Shown piece by piece: positions 26,940 through 43,300 of a DNA stretch of 64,000 nucleotides. Position 1 is the first letter of the stretch, and each line of letters begins with the position of its first letter. The notes under the pieces were generated by a model. That model was given only the letters and a program-made list of their open reading frames with translations, did not search any database and was not told the DNA's origin. Both the position numbers and the translations under genes were made by a program. Origin of the DNA: Eledone cirrhosa (lineage: Eukaryota); the NCBI GenBank assembly GCA_964016885.1, contig CAXHJY010000107.1:1-64000 (forward strand), in the 5' to 3' direction.

Positions 26940-29900
26940 GGTACCCAAATAAAAAACGGGGTACCCAGATAAAAAACGGACCCCCCCATAAAAAACGGGG
27001 CACCCAAATAAAAAACGGGGCACCCAAATATAAAACGGGGCACCCAAATAAAAAACGGGGTACCCAAATAAAAAACGGACCCCCCCATAAAAAAACGGGG
27101 CACCCAAATAAAAAACGGGGTACCCAAATAAAAAACGGACCCCCCCATAAAAAAACGGGGCACCCAAATAAATAACGGGACCCCCCCATAAAAAAACGGG
27201 GCACCCAAATAAAAAACGGACCCCCCCCATAAAAAAACGGGGCACCCAAATAAAAAACGGACCCCCCCATAAAAAAACGGGGCACCCAAATAAAAAACGG
27301 GGCACCCAAATAAAAAACGGACCCCCCATAAAAAAACGGGGCACCCAAATAAAAAACGGGACCCCCCCCATAAAAAAACGGGACACCCAAATAAAAAACG
27401 GGGTACCCAAATAAAAAACGGACCCCCCCATAAAAAAACGGGGTACCCAAATAAAAAACGGGACCCCCCATAAAAAAACGGGACACCCAAATAAAAAACG
27501 GACCCCCCCCCATAAAAAAACGGGGCACCCAAATAAAAAACGGGGTACCCAAATAAAAAACGGGGTATCCAGATAAAAAACGGACCCCCCCCATAAAAAA
27601 ACGGGGCACCCAAATAAAAAACGGACCCCCCATAAAAAAACGGGGCACCCAAATAAAAAACGGGGTGCCCAAATAAAAAACGGACCCCCCCCATAAAAAA
27701 ACGGGGCACCCAAATAAAAAACGGGACCCCCCCATAAAAAAACGGGGCACCCAAATAAAAAACGGACCCCCCCCCATAAAAAAACGGGGCACCCAAATAA
27801 AAAACGGACCCCCCCCATAAAAAAACGGGGCACCCAAATAAAAAACGGGACCCCCCCATAAAAAAAAGGGGCACCCAAATAAAAAACGGACCCCCCATAA
27901 AAAAACGGGGCACCCAAATAAAAAACGGGTACCCAAATAAAAAACGGGGCACCCAAATAAAAAACGGACTCCCCCATAAAAAAACGGGGCACCCAAATAA
28001 AAAACGGGGCACCCAAATAAAAAACGGACCCCCCCCATAAAAAAAACGGGGCACCCAAATAAAAAACGGACCCCCCCCTAAAAAAACGGGGCACCCAAAT
28101 ATAAAACGGGGTACCCAAATAAAAAACGAGGTACCCAGATAAAAAACGGACCCCCCCATAAAAAAACGGGGCACCCAAATAAAAAACGGGGCACCCAAAT
28201 ATAAAACGGGGCACCCAAATAAAAAACGGATCCCCCCCATAAAAAAACGGGGCACCCAAATAAAAAACGGGGCACCCAAATAAAAAACGGACCCCCCCAT
28301 AAAAAAACGGGGCACCCAAATAAAAAACGGGGTACCCAAATAAAAAACGGACCCCCCCCATAAAAAAACGGGGCACCCAAATAAAAAACGGGACACCCCC
28401 ATAAAAAAACGGGGCACCCAAATAAAAAACGGAACCCCCCCATAAAAAAACGGGGCACCCAAATAAAAAACGGACCCCCCCATAAAAAAACGGGGCACCC
28501 AAATAAAAAACGGGGTACCCAAATAAAAAACGGGGCACCCAAATAAAAAACGGGGTACCCAAATAAAAAACGGCCCCCCCCCATAAAAAAACTGGGCACC
28601 CAAATAAAAAACGGACCCCCCCATAAAAAAACGGGGCACCCAAATAAAAAACGGGGTACCCAAATAAAAAACGGGGCACCCAAATAAAAAACGGACTCCC
28701 CCATAAAAAAACGGGGCACCCAAATAAAAAACGGGGCACCCAAATAAAAAACGGGGTACCCAAATAAAAAACGGGGCACCCAGATAAAAAACGGACCCCC
28801 CCCATAAAAAAAACGGGGCACCCAAATAAAAAACTGACCCCCCCCATAAAAAAACGGGGCACCCAAATAAAAAACGGGGTACCCAAATAAAAAACGGGGT
28901 ACCCAGATAAAAAACGGACCCCCCCATAAAAAACGGGGCACCCAAATAAAAAACGGGGCACCCAAATATAAAACGGGGCACCCAAATAAAAAACGGATCC
29001 CCCCCATAAAAAAACGGGGCACCCAAATAAAAAACGGGGCACCCTAATAAAAAACGGACCCCCCCCATAAAAAAACGGGGCACCCAAATAAAAAACGGGG
29101 TACCCAAATAAAAAACGGACCCCCCCATAAAAAACGGGGCACCCAAATAAAAAACGGGACCCCCCCATAAAAAAACGGGGCACCCAAATAAAAAACGGAC
29201 CCCCCCCATAAAAAAACGGGGCACCCAAATAAAAAACGGACCCCCCCCTAAAAAAACGGGGCACCCAAATAAAAAACGGGGCACCCAAATAAAAAACGGG
29301 ACACCCAAATAAAAAACGGACCCCCCCATAAAAAAACGGGACACCCAAATAAAAAACGGGGTACCCAAATAAAAAACGGACCCCCCCATAAAAAAACGGG
29401 GCACCCAAATAAAAAACGGGACCCCCCATAAAAAAACGGGGCACCCAAATAAAAAACGGACCCCCCCCATAAAAAAACGGGGCACCCAAATAAAAAACGG
29501 ACCCCCCCCATAAAAAAACGGGGCACCCAAATAAAAAACGGGGTACCCAAATAAAAAACGGACCCCCCCATAAAAAAACGGGGCACCCAAATAAATAACG
29601 GGACCCCCCCATAAAAAAACGGGGCACCCAAATAAAAAACGGACCCCCCCCATAAAAAAACGGGGCACCCAAATAAAAAACGGACCCCCCCATAAAAAAA
29701 CGGGGCACCCAAATAAAAAACGGGGCACCCAAATAAAAAACGGACCCCCCATAAAAAAACGGGGCACCCAAATAAAAAACGGGACCCCCCCCATAAAAAA
29801 ACGGGACACCCAAATAAAAAACGGGGTACCCAAATAAAAAACGGCCCCCCCATAAAAAAACGGGGCACCCAAATAAAAAACGGGGCACCCAAATAAAAAA

Positions 29901-32900
29901 CGGGGCACCCAATTAAAAAACGGACCCCCCCATAAAAAAACGGGGCACCCAAATAAAAAACGGGGTACCCAAATAAAAAACGAACCCCCCCCATAAAAAA
30001 ACGGGGCACCCAAATAAAAAACGGGACCCCCCCATAAAAAAACGGGGCACCCAAATAAAAAACGGACCCCCCCCATAAAAAAACGGGGCACCCAAATAAA
30101 AAACGGGACCCCCCCATAAAAAAACGGGGCACCCAAATAAAAAACGGGACCCCCCATAAAAAAACGGGGCACCCAAATAAAAAACGACCCCCCCCCCCAT
30201 AAAAAAACGGGGCACCCAAATAAAAAACGGGGTACCCCCATAAAAAAACGGGGCACCCAAATAAAAAACGGACCCCCCCATAAAAAAACGGGGCACCCAA
30301 ATAAAAAACGGGGTACCCAAATAAAAAACGGACCCCCCCATAAAAAAAACGGGGCACCCAAATAAAAAACGGACCCCCCCCCATAAAAAAACGGGGCACC
30401 CAAATAAAAAACGGGGTACCCAAATAAAAAACGGGGTACCCAGATAAAAAACGGTCCCCCCATAAAAAAACGGGGCACCCAAATAAAAAACGGACCCCCC
30501 CATAAAAAAACGGGGCACCCAAATAAAAAACGGACCCCCCCCACAAAAAAACGGGGCACCCAAATAAAAAACGGCCCCCCCCATAAAAAAACGGGGCACC
30601 CAAATAAAAAACGGGGTACCCAAATAAAAAACGGACCCCCCCCCATAAAAAAACGGGGCACCCAAATAAAAAACGGACCCCCCCCATAAAAAAACGGGGC
30701 ACCCAAATAAAAAACGGACCCCCCCCATAAAAAAACGGGGCACCCAAATAAAAAACGGACCCCCCCCATAAAAAAAACGGGGCACCCAAATAAAAAACGG
30801 GGTACCCAAATAAAAAACGGACCACCCCCCATAAAAAACGGGGCACCCAAATAAAAAACGGACCCCCCCATAAAAAAACGGGACACCCAAATAAAAAACG
30901 GCGTACCCAAATAAAAAACGGACCCCCCCCATAAAAAAACGGGGCACCAAAATAAAAAACGGGACCCCCCCAGAAAAAAACGGGGCACCCAAATAAAAAA
31001 CGGGACACCCAAATAAAAAACGGATCCCCCCATAAAAAAACGGGGCACCCAAATAAAAAACGGGGTACCCAAATAAAAAACGGACCCCCCCATAAAAAAA
31101 ACGGGGCACCCAAATAAAAAACGGGACCCCCCATAAAAAAACGGGTCACCCAAATAAAAAACGGACCCCCCCATAAAACAACGGGGCACCCAAATAAAAA
31201 ACGGACCCCCCATAAAAAAACGGGGCACCCAAATAAAAAACGGGGTACCCAAATAAAAAACGGACCCCCCCATAAAAAAACGGGGCACCCAAATAAAAAA
31301 CGGGACCCCCCCATAAAAAAACGGGGCACCCAAATAAAAAACGGACCCGCCCCATAAAAAAACGGGGCACCCAAATAAAAAACGAACCCCCCCATAAAAA
31401 AACGGGGCACCCAAATAAAAAACGGGGCACCCAAATAAAAAACGGACCCTCCCATAAAAAAACGGGGCACCCAAATAAAAAACGGACCCCCCCATAAAAA
31501 AACGGGGCACCCAAATAAATACGGGACCCCCCCATAAAAAAACGGGACACCCAAATAAAAAACGGGGCACCCAAATAAAAAACGGACCCCCCCATAAAAA
31601 AACGGGGCACCCAAATAAAAAACGGGGTACCCAAATAAAAAACGGGGTACCCAGATAAAAAACGGACCCCCCCATAAAAAAACGGGGCACCCAAATAAAA
31701 AACGGACCCCCCCATAAAAAAACGGGGCACCCAAATAAAAAACGGGGTACCCAAATAAAAAACGGACCCCCCCCATAAAAAAACGGGGCACCCAAATAAA
31801 AAACGGGACACCCCCATAAAAAAACGGGGCACCCAAATAAAAAACGGAACCCCCCCATAAAAAAACGGGGCACCCAAATAAAAAACGGACCCCCCCATAA
31901 AAAAACGGGGCACCCAAATAAAAAACGGGGTACCCAAATAAAAAACGGGGTACCCAAATAAAAAACGGACCCCCCCCATAAAAAAACGGGGCACCCAAAT
32001 AAAAAACGGACCCCCCCATAAAAAAACGGGGCACCCAAATAAAAAACGGGACCCCCCATAAAAAAACGGGTCACCCAAATAAAAAACGGACCCCCCCATA
32101 AAAAAACGGGGCACCCAAATAAAAAACGGACCCCCCATAAAAAAACGGGGCACCCAAATAAAAAACGGGGTACCCAAATAAAAAACGGGGTACCCAGATA
32201 AAAAACGGACCCCCCCATAAAAAACGGGGCACCCAAATAAAAAACGGGGCACCCAAATATAAAACGGGGCACCCAAATAAAAAACGGGGTACCCAAATAA
32301 AAAACGGACCCCCCCATAAAAAAACGGGGCACCCAAATAAAAAACGGGGTACCCAAATAAAAAACGGACCCCCCCATAAAAAAACGGGGCACCCAAATAA
32401 ATAACGGGACCCCCCCATAAAAAAACGGGGCACCCAAATAAAAAACGGACCCCCCCCATAAAAAAACGGGGCACCCAAATAAAAAACGGACCCCCCCATA
32501 AAAAAACGGGGCACCCAAATAAAAAACGGGGCACCCAAATAAAAAACGGACCCCCCATAAAAAAACGGGGCACCCAAATAAAAAACGGGACCCCCCCCCA
32601 TAAAAAAACGGGACACCCAAATAAAAAACGGGGTACCCAAATAAAAAACGGACCCCCCCATAAAAAAACGGGGTACCCAAATAAAAAACGGGACCCCCCC
32701 ATAAAAAAACGGGACACCCAAATAAAAAACGGACCCCCCCCCATAAAAAAACGGGGCACCCAAATAAAAAACGGGGTACCCAAATAAAAAACGGGGTACC
32801 CAGATAAAAAACGGACCCCCCCCATAAAAAAACGGGGCACCCAAATAAAAAACGGACCCCCCATAAAAAAACGGGGCACCCAAATAAAAAACGGGGTGCC

Positions 32901-35900
32901 CAAATAAAAAACGGACCCCCCCCATAAAAAAACGGGGCACCCAAATAAAAAACGGGACCCCCCCATAAAAAAACGGGGCACCCAAATAAAAAACGGACCC
33001 CCCCCCATAAAAAAACGGGGCACCCAAATAAAAAACGGACCCCCCCCCATAAAAAAACGGGGCACCCAAATAAAAAACGGGACCCCCCCATAAAAAAAAG
33101 GGGCACCCAAATAAAAAACGGACCCCCCATAAAAAAACGGGGCACCCAAATAAAAAACGGGTACCCAAATAAAAAACGGGGCACCCAAATAAAAAACGGA
33201 CTCCCCCATAAAAAAACGGGGCACCCAAATAAAAAACGGGGCACCCAAATAAAAAACGGACCCCCCCCATAAAAAAAACGGGGCACCCAAATAAAAAACG
33301 GACCCCCCCCCCTAAAAAAACGGGGCACCCAAATATAAAACGGGGTACCCAAATAAAAAACGAGGTACCCAGATAAAAAACGGACCCCCCCATAAAAAAA
33401 CGGGGCACCCAAATAAAAAACGGGGCACCCAAATATAAAACGGGGCACCCAAATAAAAAACGGATCCCCCCCATAAAAAAACGGGGCACCCAAATAAAAA
33501 ACGGGGCACCCAAATAAAAAACGGACCCCCCCATAAAAAAACGGGGCACCCAAATAAAAAACGGGGTACCCAAATAAAAAACGGACCCCCCCATAAAAAA
33601 ACGGGGCACCCAAATAAAAAACGGGACACCCCCATAAAAAAACGGGGCACCCAAATAAAAAACGGAACCCCCCCATAAAAAAACGGGGCACCCAAATAAA
33701 AAACGGACCCCCCCATAAAAAAACGGGGCACCCAAATAAAAAACGGGGTACCCAAATAAAAAACGGGGCACCCAAATAAAAAACGGGGTACCCAAATAAA
33801 AAACGGCCCCCCCCCATAAAAAAACTGGGCACCCAAATAAAAAACGGACCCCCCCATAAAAAAACGGGGCACCCAAATAAAAAACGGGGTACCCAAATAA
33901 AAAACGGGGCACCCAAATAAAAAACGGACTCCCCCATAAAAAAACGGGGCACCCAAATAAAAAACGGGGCACCCAAATAAAAAACGGGGTACCCAAATAA
34001 AAAACGGGGCACCCAGATAAAAAACGGACCCCCCCCATAAAAAAAACGGGGCACCCAAATAAAAAACTGACCCCCCCCATAAAAAAACGGGGCACCCAAA
34101 TAAAAAACGGGGTACCCAAATAAAAAACGGGGTACCCAGATAAAAAACGGACCCCCCCATAAAAAACGGGGCACCCAAATAAAAAACGGGGCACCCAAAT
34201 ATAAAACGGGGCACCCAAATAAAAAACGGATCCCCCCCATAAAAAAACGGGGCACCCAAATAAAAAACGGGGCACCCTAATAAAAAACGGACCCCCCCCA
34301 TAAAAAAACGGGGCACCCAAATAAAAAACGGGGTACCCAAATAAAAAACGGACCCCCCCATAAAAAACGGGGCACCCAAATAAAAAACGGGACCCCCCCA
34401 TAAAAAAACGGGGCACCCAAATAAAAAACGGACCCCCCCCCATAAAAAAACGGGGCACCCAAATAAAAAACGGACCCCCCCCCTAAAAAAACGGGGCACC
34501 CAAATAAAAAACGGGGCACCCAAATAAAAAACGGGACACCCAAATAAAAAACGGACCCCCCCATAAAAAAACGGGACACCCAAATAAAAAACGGGGTACC
34601 CAAATAAAAAACGGACCCCCCCATAAAAAAACGGGGCACCCAAATAAAAAACGGGACCCCCCATAAAAAAACGGGGCACCCAAATAAAAAACGGACCCCC
34701 CCATAAAAAAACGGGGCACCCAAATAAAAAACGGACCCCCCCCATAAAAAAACGGGGCACCCAAATAAAAAACGGGGTACCCAAATAAAAAACGGACCCC
34801 CCCATAAAAAAACGGGGCACCCAAATAAATAACGGGACCCCCCCATAAAAAAAACGGGGCACCCAAATAAAAAACGGACCCCCCCCATAAAAAAACGGGG
34901 CACCCAAATAAAAAACGGACCCCCCCATAAAAAAACGGGGCACCCAAATAAAAAACGGGGCACCCAAATAAAAAACGGACCCCCCATAAAAAAACGGGGC
35001 ACCCAAATAAAAAACGGGACCCCCCCCATAAAAAAACGGGACACCCAAATAAAAAACGGGGTACCCAAATAAAAAACGGCCCCCCCCATAAAAAAACGGG
35101 GCACCCAAATAAAAAACGGGGCACCCAAATAAAAAACGGGGCACCCAATTAAAAAACGGACCCCCCCATAAAAAAACGGGGCACCCAAATAAAAAACGGG
35201 GTACCCAAATAAAAAACGAACCCCCCCCATAAAAAAACGGGGCACCCAAATAAAAAACGGGACCCCCCCATAAAAAAACGGGGCACCCAAATAAAAAACG
35301 GACCCCCCCCATAAAAAAACGGGGCACCCAAATAAAAAACGGGACCCCCCCATAAAAAAACGGGGCACCCAAATAAAAAACGGGACCCCCCATAAAAAAA
35401 CGGGGCACCCAAATAAAAAACGACCCCCCCCCATAAAAAAACGGGGCACCCAAATAAAAAACGGGGTACCCCCATAAAAAAACGGGGCACCCAAATAAAA
35501 AACGGACCCCCCCATAAAAAAACGGGGCACCCAAATAAAAAACGGGGTACCCAAATAAAAAACGGACCCCCCCATAAAAAAAACGGGGCACCCAAATAAA
35601 AAACGGACCCCCCCCCCATAAAAAAACGGGGCACCCAAATAAAAAACGGGGTACCCAGATAAAAAACGGTCCCCCCATAAAAAAACGGGGCACCCAAATA
35701 AAAAACGGACCCCCCCATAAAAAAACGGGGCACCCAAATAAAAAACGGACCCCCCCCCACAAAAAAACGGGGCACCCAAATAAAAAACGGCCCCCCCCAT
35801 AAAAAAACGGGGCACCCAAATAAAAAACGGGGTACCCAAATAAAAAACGGACCCCCCCCCATAAAAAAACGGGGCACCCAAATAAAAAACGGACCCCCCC

Positions 35901-37370
35901 CCATAAAAAAACGGGGCACCCAAATAAAAAACGGACCCCCCCCATAAAAAAACGGGGCACCCAAATAAAAAACGGACCCCCCCCATAAAAAAACGGGGCA
36001 CCCAAATAAAAAACGGGGTACCCAAATAAAAAACGGACCACCCCCCATAAAAAACGGGGCACCCAAATAAAAAACGGACCCCCCCATAAAAAAACGGGAC
36101 ACCCAAATAAAAAACGGCGTACCCAAATAAAAAACGGACCCCCCCCATAAAAAAACGGGGCACCAAAATAAAAAACGGGACCCCCCCAGAAAAAAACGGG
36201 GCACCCAAATAAAAAACGGGACACCCAAATAAAAAACGGATCCCCCCATAAAAAAACGGGGCACCCAAATAAAAAACGGGGTACCCAAATAAAAAACGGA
36301 CCCCCCCATAAAAAAACGGGGCACCCAAATAAAAAACGGGACCCCCCATAAAAAAACGGGTCACCCAAATAAAAAACGGACCCCCCCATAAAACAACGGG
36401 GCACCCAAATAAAAAACGGACCCCCCATAAAAAAACGGGGCACCCAAATAAAAAACGGGGTACCCAAATAAAAAACGGACCCCCCCATAAAAAAACGGGG
36501 CACCCAAATAAAAAACGGGACCCCCCCATAAAAAAACGGGGCACCCAAATAAAAAACGGACCCGCCCCATAAAAAAACGGGGCACCCAAATAAAAAACGA
36601 ACCCCCCCATAAAAAAACGGGGCACCCAAATAAAAAACGGGGCACCCAAATAAAAAACGGACCCTCCCATAAAAAAACGGGGCACCCAAATAAAAAACGG
36701 ACCCCCCCATAAAAAAACGGGGCACCCAAATAAATACGGGACCCCCCCATAAAAAAACGGGACACCCAAATAAAAAACGGGGCACCCAAATAAAAAACGG
36801 ACCCCCCCATAAAAAAACGGGGCACCCAAATAAAAAACGGGGTACCCAAATAAAAAACGGGGTACCCAGATAAAAAACGGACCCCCCCATAAAAAAACGG
36901 GGCACCCAAATAAAAAACGGACCCCCCCATAAAAAAACGGGGCACCCAAATAAAAAACGGGGTACCCAAATAAAAAACGGACCCCCCCCATAAAAAAACG
37001 GGGCACCCAAATAAAAAACGGGACACCCCCATAAAAAAACGGGGCACCCAAATAAAAAACGGAACCCCCCCATAAAAAAACGGGGCACCCAAATAAAAAA
37101 CGGACCCCCCCATAAAAAAACGGGGCACCCAAATAAAAAACGGGGTACCCAAATAAAAAACGGGGTACCCAAATAAAAAACGGACCCCCCCCATAAAAAA
37201 ACGGGGCACCCAAATAAAAAACGGACCCCCCCATAAAAAAACGGGGCACCCAAATAAAAAACGGGACCCCCCATAAAAAAACGGGTCACCCAAATAAAAA
37301 ACGGACCCCCCCATAAAAAAACGGGGCACCCAAATAAAAAACGGACCCCCCATAAAAAAACGGGGCACCC
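26940..37370 (+). repeat. About 5.2 kb tandem duplication within satellite B
   Basis: CGAGGTACCC at 28127/33361 (5234 apart) and CGGCGTACCC at 30899/36115 (5216 apart). ORF-track offsets 29022/34255, 29912/35148 and 32034/37249 agree. Boundaries are approximate. Confidence 0.82.
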
Positions 37371-40300
37371 AAATAAAAAACGGGGTACCCAAATAAAAAA
37401 CGGACCCCCCCATAAAAAAACGGGGCACCCAAATAAAAAACGGGACCCCCCCATAAAAAAACGGGGCACCCAAATAAAAAACGGACCCGCCCCATAAAAA
37501 AACGGGGCACCCAAATAAAAAACGAACCCCCCCATAAAAAAACGGGGCACCCAAATAGAAAACGGGGCACCCAAATAAAAAACGGACCCTCCCATAAAAA
37601 AACGGGGCACCCAAATAAAAAACGGACCCCCCCATAAAAAAACGGGGCACCCAAATAAATACGGGACCCCCCCATAAAAAAACGGGACACCCAAATAAAA
37701 AACGGGGCACCCAAATAAAAAACGGACCCCCCCATAAAAAAACGGGGCACCCAAATAAAAAACGGGGTACCCAAATAAAAAACGGGGTACCCAGATAAAA
37801 AACGGACCCCCCCATAAAAAAACGGGGCACCCAAATAAAAAACGGACCCCCCCATAAAAAAACGGGGCACCCAAATAAAAAACGGGGTACCCAAATAAAA
37901 AACGGACCCCCCCCATAAAAAAACGGGGCACCCAAATAAAAAACGGGACACCCCCATAAAAAAACGGGGCACCCAAATAAAAAACGGAACCCCCCCATAA
38001 AAAAACGGGGCACCCAAATAAAAAACGGACCCCCCCATAAAAAAACGGGGCACCCAAATAAAAAACGGGGTACCCAAATAAAAAACGGGGCACCCAAATA
38101 AAAAACGGGGTACCCAAATAATGAAACGGCCCCCCCCATAAAAAAACTGGGCACCCAAATAAAAAACGGACCCCCCCATAAAAAAACGGGGCACCCAAAT
38201 AAAAAACGGGGTACCCAAATAAAAAACGGGGCACCCAAATAAAAAACGGACTCCCCCATAAAAAAACGGGGCACCCAAATAAAAAACGGGGCACCCAAAT
38301 AAAAAACGGGGTACCCAAATAAAAAACGGGGCACCCAGATAAAAAACGGACCCCCCCCATAAAAAAAACGGGGCACCCAAATAAAAAACTGACCCCCCCC
38401 ATAAAAAAACGGGGCACCCAAATAAAAAACGGGGTACCCAAATAAAAAACGGGGTACCCAGATAAAAAACGGACCCCCCCATAAAAAACGGGGCACCCAA
38501 ATAAAAAACGGGGCACCCAAATATAAAACGGGGCACCCAAATAAAAAACGGGGTACCCAAATAAAAAACGGACCCCCCCATAAAAAAACGGGGCACCCAA
38601 ATAAAAAACGGGGTACCCAAATAAAAAACGGACCCCCCCATAAAAAAACGGGGCACCCAAATAAATAACGGGACCCCCCCATAAAAAAACGGGGCACCCA
38701 AATAAAAAACGGACCCCCCCCATAAAAAAACGGGGCACCCAAATAAAAAACGGACCCCCCCATAAAAAAACGGGGCACCCAAATAAAAAACGGGGCACCC
38801 AAATAAAAAACGGACCCCCCATAAAAAAACGGGGCACCCAAATAAAAAACGGGACCCCCCCCATAAAAAAACGGGACACCCAAATAAAAAACGGGGTACC
38901 CAAATAAAAAACGGACCCCCCCATAAAAAAACGGGGTACCCAAATAAAAAACGGGACCCCCCCATAAAAAAACGGGACACCCAAATAAAAAACGGACCCC
39001 CCCCATAAAAAAACGGGGCACCCAAATAAAAAACGGGGTACCCAAATAAAAAACGGGGTACCCAGATAAAAAACGGACCCCCCCCATAAAAAAACGGGGC
39101 ACCCAAATAAAAAACGGACCCCCCATAAAAAAACGGGGCACCCAAATAAAAAACGGGGTGCCCAAATAAAAAACGGACCCCCCCCATAAAAAAACGGGGC
39201 ACCCAAATAAAAAACGGGACCCCCCCATAAAAAAACGGGGCACCCAAATAAAAAACGGACCCCCCCCCATAAAAAAACGGGGCACCCAAATAAAAAACGG
39301 ACCCCCCCCCATAAAAAAACGGGGCACCCAAATAAAAAACGGGACCCCCCCATAAAAAAAAGGGGCACCCAAATAAAAAACGGACCCCCCATAAAAAAAC
39401 GGGGCACCCAAATAAAAAACGGGTACCCAAATAAAAAACGGGGCACCCAAATAAAAAACGGACTCCCCCATAAAAAAACGGGGCACCCAAATAAAAAACG
39501 GGGCACCCAAATAAAAAACGGACCCCCCCCATAAAAAAAACGGGGCACCCAAATAAAAAACGGACCCCCCCCCTAAAAAAACGGGGCACCCAAATATAAA
39601 ACGGGGTACCCAAATAAAAAACGAGGTACCCAGATAAAAAACGGACCCCCCCATAAAAAAACGGGGCACCCAAATAAAAAACGGGGCACCCAAATATAAA
39701 ACGGGGCACCCAAATAAAAAACGGATCCCCCCCATAAAAAAACGGGGCACCCAAATAAAAAACGGGGCACCCAAATAAAAAACGGACCCCCCCATAAAAA
39801 AACGGGGCACCCAAATAAAAAACGGGGTACCCAAATAAAAAACGGACCCCCCCCATAAAAAAACGGGGCACCCAAATAAAAAACGGGACACCCCCATAAA
39901 AAAACGGGGCACCCAAATAAAAAACGGAACCCCCCCATAAAAAAACGGGGCACCCAAATAAAAAACGGACCCCCCCATAAAAAAACGGGGCACCCAAATA
40001 AAAAACGGGGTACCCAAATAAAAAACGGGGCACCCAAATAAAAAACGGGGTACCCAAATAAAAAACGGCCCCCCCCCATAAAAAAACTGGGCACCCAAAT
40101 AAAAAACGGACCCCCCCATAAAAAAACGGGGCACCCAAATAAAAAACGGGGTACCCAAATAAAAAACGGGGCACCCAAATAAAAAACGGACTCCCCCATA
40201 AAAAAACGGGGCACCCAAATAAAAAACGGGGCACCCAAATAAAAAACGGGGTACCCAAATAAAAAACGGGGCACCCAGATAAAAAACGGACCCCCCCCAT

Positions 40301-43300
40301 AAAAAAAACGGGGCACCCAAATAAAAAACTGACCCCCCCCATAAAAAAACGGGGCACCCAAATAAAAAACGGGGTACCCAAATAAAAAACGGGGTACCCA
40401 GATAAAAAACGGACCCCCCCATAAAAAACGGGGCACCCAAATAAAAAACGGGGCACCCAAATATAAAACGGGGCACCCAAATAAAAAACGGATCCCCCCC
40501 ATAAAAAAACGGGGCACCCAAATAAAAAACGGGGCACCCTAATAAAAAACGGACCCCCCCCATAAAAAAACGGGGCACCCAAATAAAAAACGGGGTACCC
40601 AAATAAAAAACGGACCCCCCCAGAAAAAAACGGGGCACCCAAATAAAAAACGGGACACCCAAATAAAAAACGGATCCCCCCATAAAAAAACGGGGCACCC
40701 AAATAAAAAACGGGGTACCCAAATAAAAAACGGACCCCCCCATAAAAAAACGGGGCACCCAAATAAAAAACGGGACCCCCCATAAAAAAACGGGTCACCC
40801 AAATAAAAAACGGACCCCCCCATAAAACAACGGGGCACCCAAATAAAAAACGGACCCCCCATAAAAAAACGGGGCACCCAAATAAAAAACGGGGTACCCA
40901 AATAAAAAACGGACCCCCCCATAAAAAAACGGGGCACCCAAATAAAAAACGGGACCCCCCCATAAAAAAACGGGGCACCCAAATAAAAAACGGACCCGCC
41001 CCATAAAAAAACGGGGCACCCAAATAAAAAACGAACCCCCCCATAAAAAAACGGGGCACCCAAATAAAAAACGGGGCACCCAAATAAAAAACGGACCCTC
41101 CCATAAAAAAACGGGGCACCCAAATAAAAAACGGACCCCCCCATAAAAAAACGGGGCACCCAAATAAATACGGGACCCCCCCATAAAAAAACGGGACACC
41201 CAAATAAAAAACGGGGCACCCAAATAAAAAACGGACCCCCCCATAAAAAAACGGGGCACCCAAATAAAAAACGGGGTACCCAAATAAAAAACGGGGTACC
41301 CAGATAAAAAACGGACCCCCCCATAAAAAAACGGGGCACCCAAATAAAAAACGGACCCCCCCATAAAAAAACGGGGCACCCAAATAAAAAACGGGGTACC
41401 CAAATAAAAAACGGACCCCCCCCATAAAAAAACGGGGCACCCAAATAAAAAACGGGACACCCCCATAAAAAAACGGGGCACCCAAATAAAAAACGGAACC
41501 CCCCCATAAAAAAACGGGGCACCCAAATAAAAAACGGACCCCCCCATAAAAAAACGGGGCACCCAAATAAAAAACGGGGTACCCAAATAAAAAACGGGGT
41601 ACCCAAATAAAAAACGGACCCCCCCCATAAAAAAACGGGGCACCCAAATAAAAAACGGACCCCCCCATAAAAAAACGGGGCACCCAAATAAAAAACGGGA
41701 CCCCCCATAAAAAAACGGGTCACCCAAATAAAAAACGGACCCCCCCATAAAAAAACGGGGCACCCAAATAAAAAACGGACCCCCCATAAAAAAACGGGGC
41801 ACCCAAATAAAAAACGGGGTACCCAAATAAAAAACGGGGTACCCAGATAAAAAACGGACCCCCCCATAAAAAACGGGGCACCCAAATAAAAAACGGGGCA
41901 CCCAAATATAAAACGGGGCACCCAAATAAAAAACGGGGTACCCAAATAAAAAACGGACCCCCCCATAAAAAAACGGGGCACCCAAATAAAAAACGGGGTA
42001 CCCAAATAAAAAACGGACCCCCCCATAAAAAAACGGGGCACCCAAATAAATAACGGGACCCCCCCATAAAAAAACGGGGCACCCAAATAAAAAACGGACC
42101 CCCCCCATAAAAAAACGGGGCACCCAAATAAAAAACGGACCCCCCCATAAAAAAACGGGGCACCCAAATAAAAAACGGGGCACCCAAATAAAAAACGGAC
42201 CCCCCATAAAAAAACGGGGCACCCAAATAAAAAACGGGACCCCCCCCATAAAAAAACGGGACACCCAAATAAAAAACGGGGTACCCAAATAAAAAACGGA
42301 CCCCCCCATAAAAAAACGGGGTACCCAAATAAAAAACGGGACCCCCCCATAAAAAAACGGGACACCCAAATAAAAAACGGACCCCCCCCCATAAAAAAAC
42401 GGGGCACCCAAATAAAAAACGGGGTACCCAAATAAAAAACGGGGTACCCAGATAAAAAACGGACCCCCCCCATAAAAAAACGGGGCACCCAAATAAAAAA
42501 CGGACCCCCCATAAAAAAACGGGGCACCCAAATAAAAAACGGGGTGCCCAAATAAAAAACGGACCCCCCCCATAAAAAAACGGGGCACCCAAATAAAAAA
42601 CGGGACCCCCCCATAAAAAAACGGGGCACCCAAATAAAAAACGGACCCCCCCCCATAAAAAAACGGGGCACCCAAATAAAAAACGGACCCCCCCCCATAA
42701 AAAAACGGGGCACCCAAATAAAAAACGGGACCCCCCCATAAAAAAAAGGGGCACCCAAATAAAAAACGGACCCCCCATAAAAAAACGGGGCACCCAAATA
42801 AAAAACGGGTACCCAAATAAAAAACGGGGCACCCAAATAAAAAACGGACTCCCCCATAAAAAAACGGGGCACCCAAATAAAAAACGGGGCACCCAAATAA
42901 AAAACGGACCCCCCCCATAAAAAAAACGGGGCACCCAAATAAAAAACGGACCCCCCCCCCTAAAAAAACGGGGCACCCAAATATAAAACGGGGTACCCAA
43001 ATAAAAAACGAGGTACCCAGATAAAAAACGGACCCCCCCATAAAAAAACGGGGCACCCAAATAAAAAACGGGGCACCCAAATATAAAACGGGGCACCCAA
43101 ATAAAAAACGGATCCCCCCCATAAAAAAACGGGGCACCCAAATAAAAAACGGGGCACCCAAATAAAAAACGGACCCCCCCATAAAAAAACGGGGCACCCA
43201 AATAAAAAACGGGACACCCCCATAAAAAAACGGGGCACCCAAATAAAAAACGGAACCCCCCCATAAAAAAACGGGGCACCCAAATAAAAAACGGACCCCC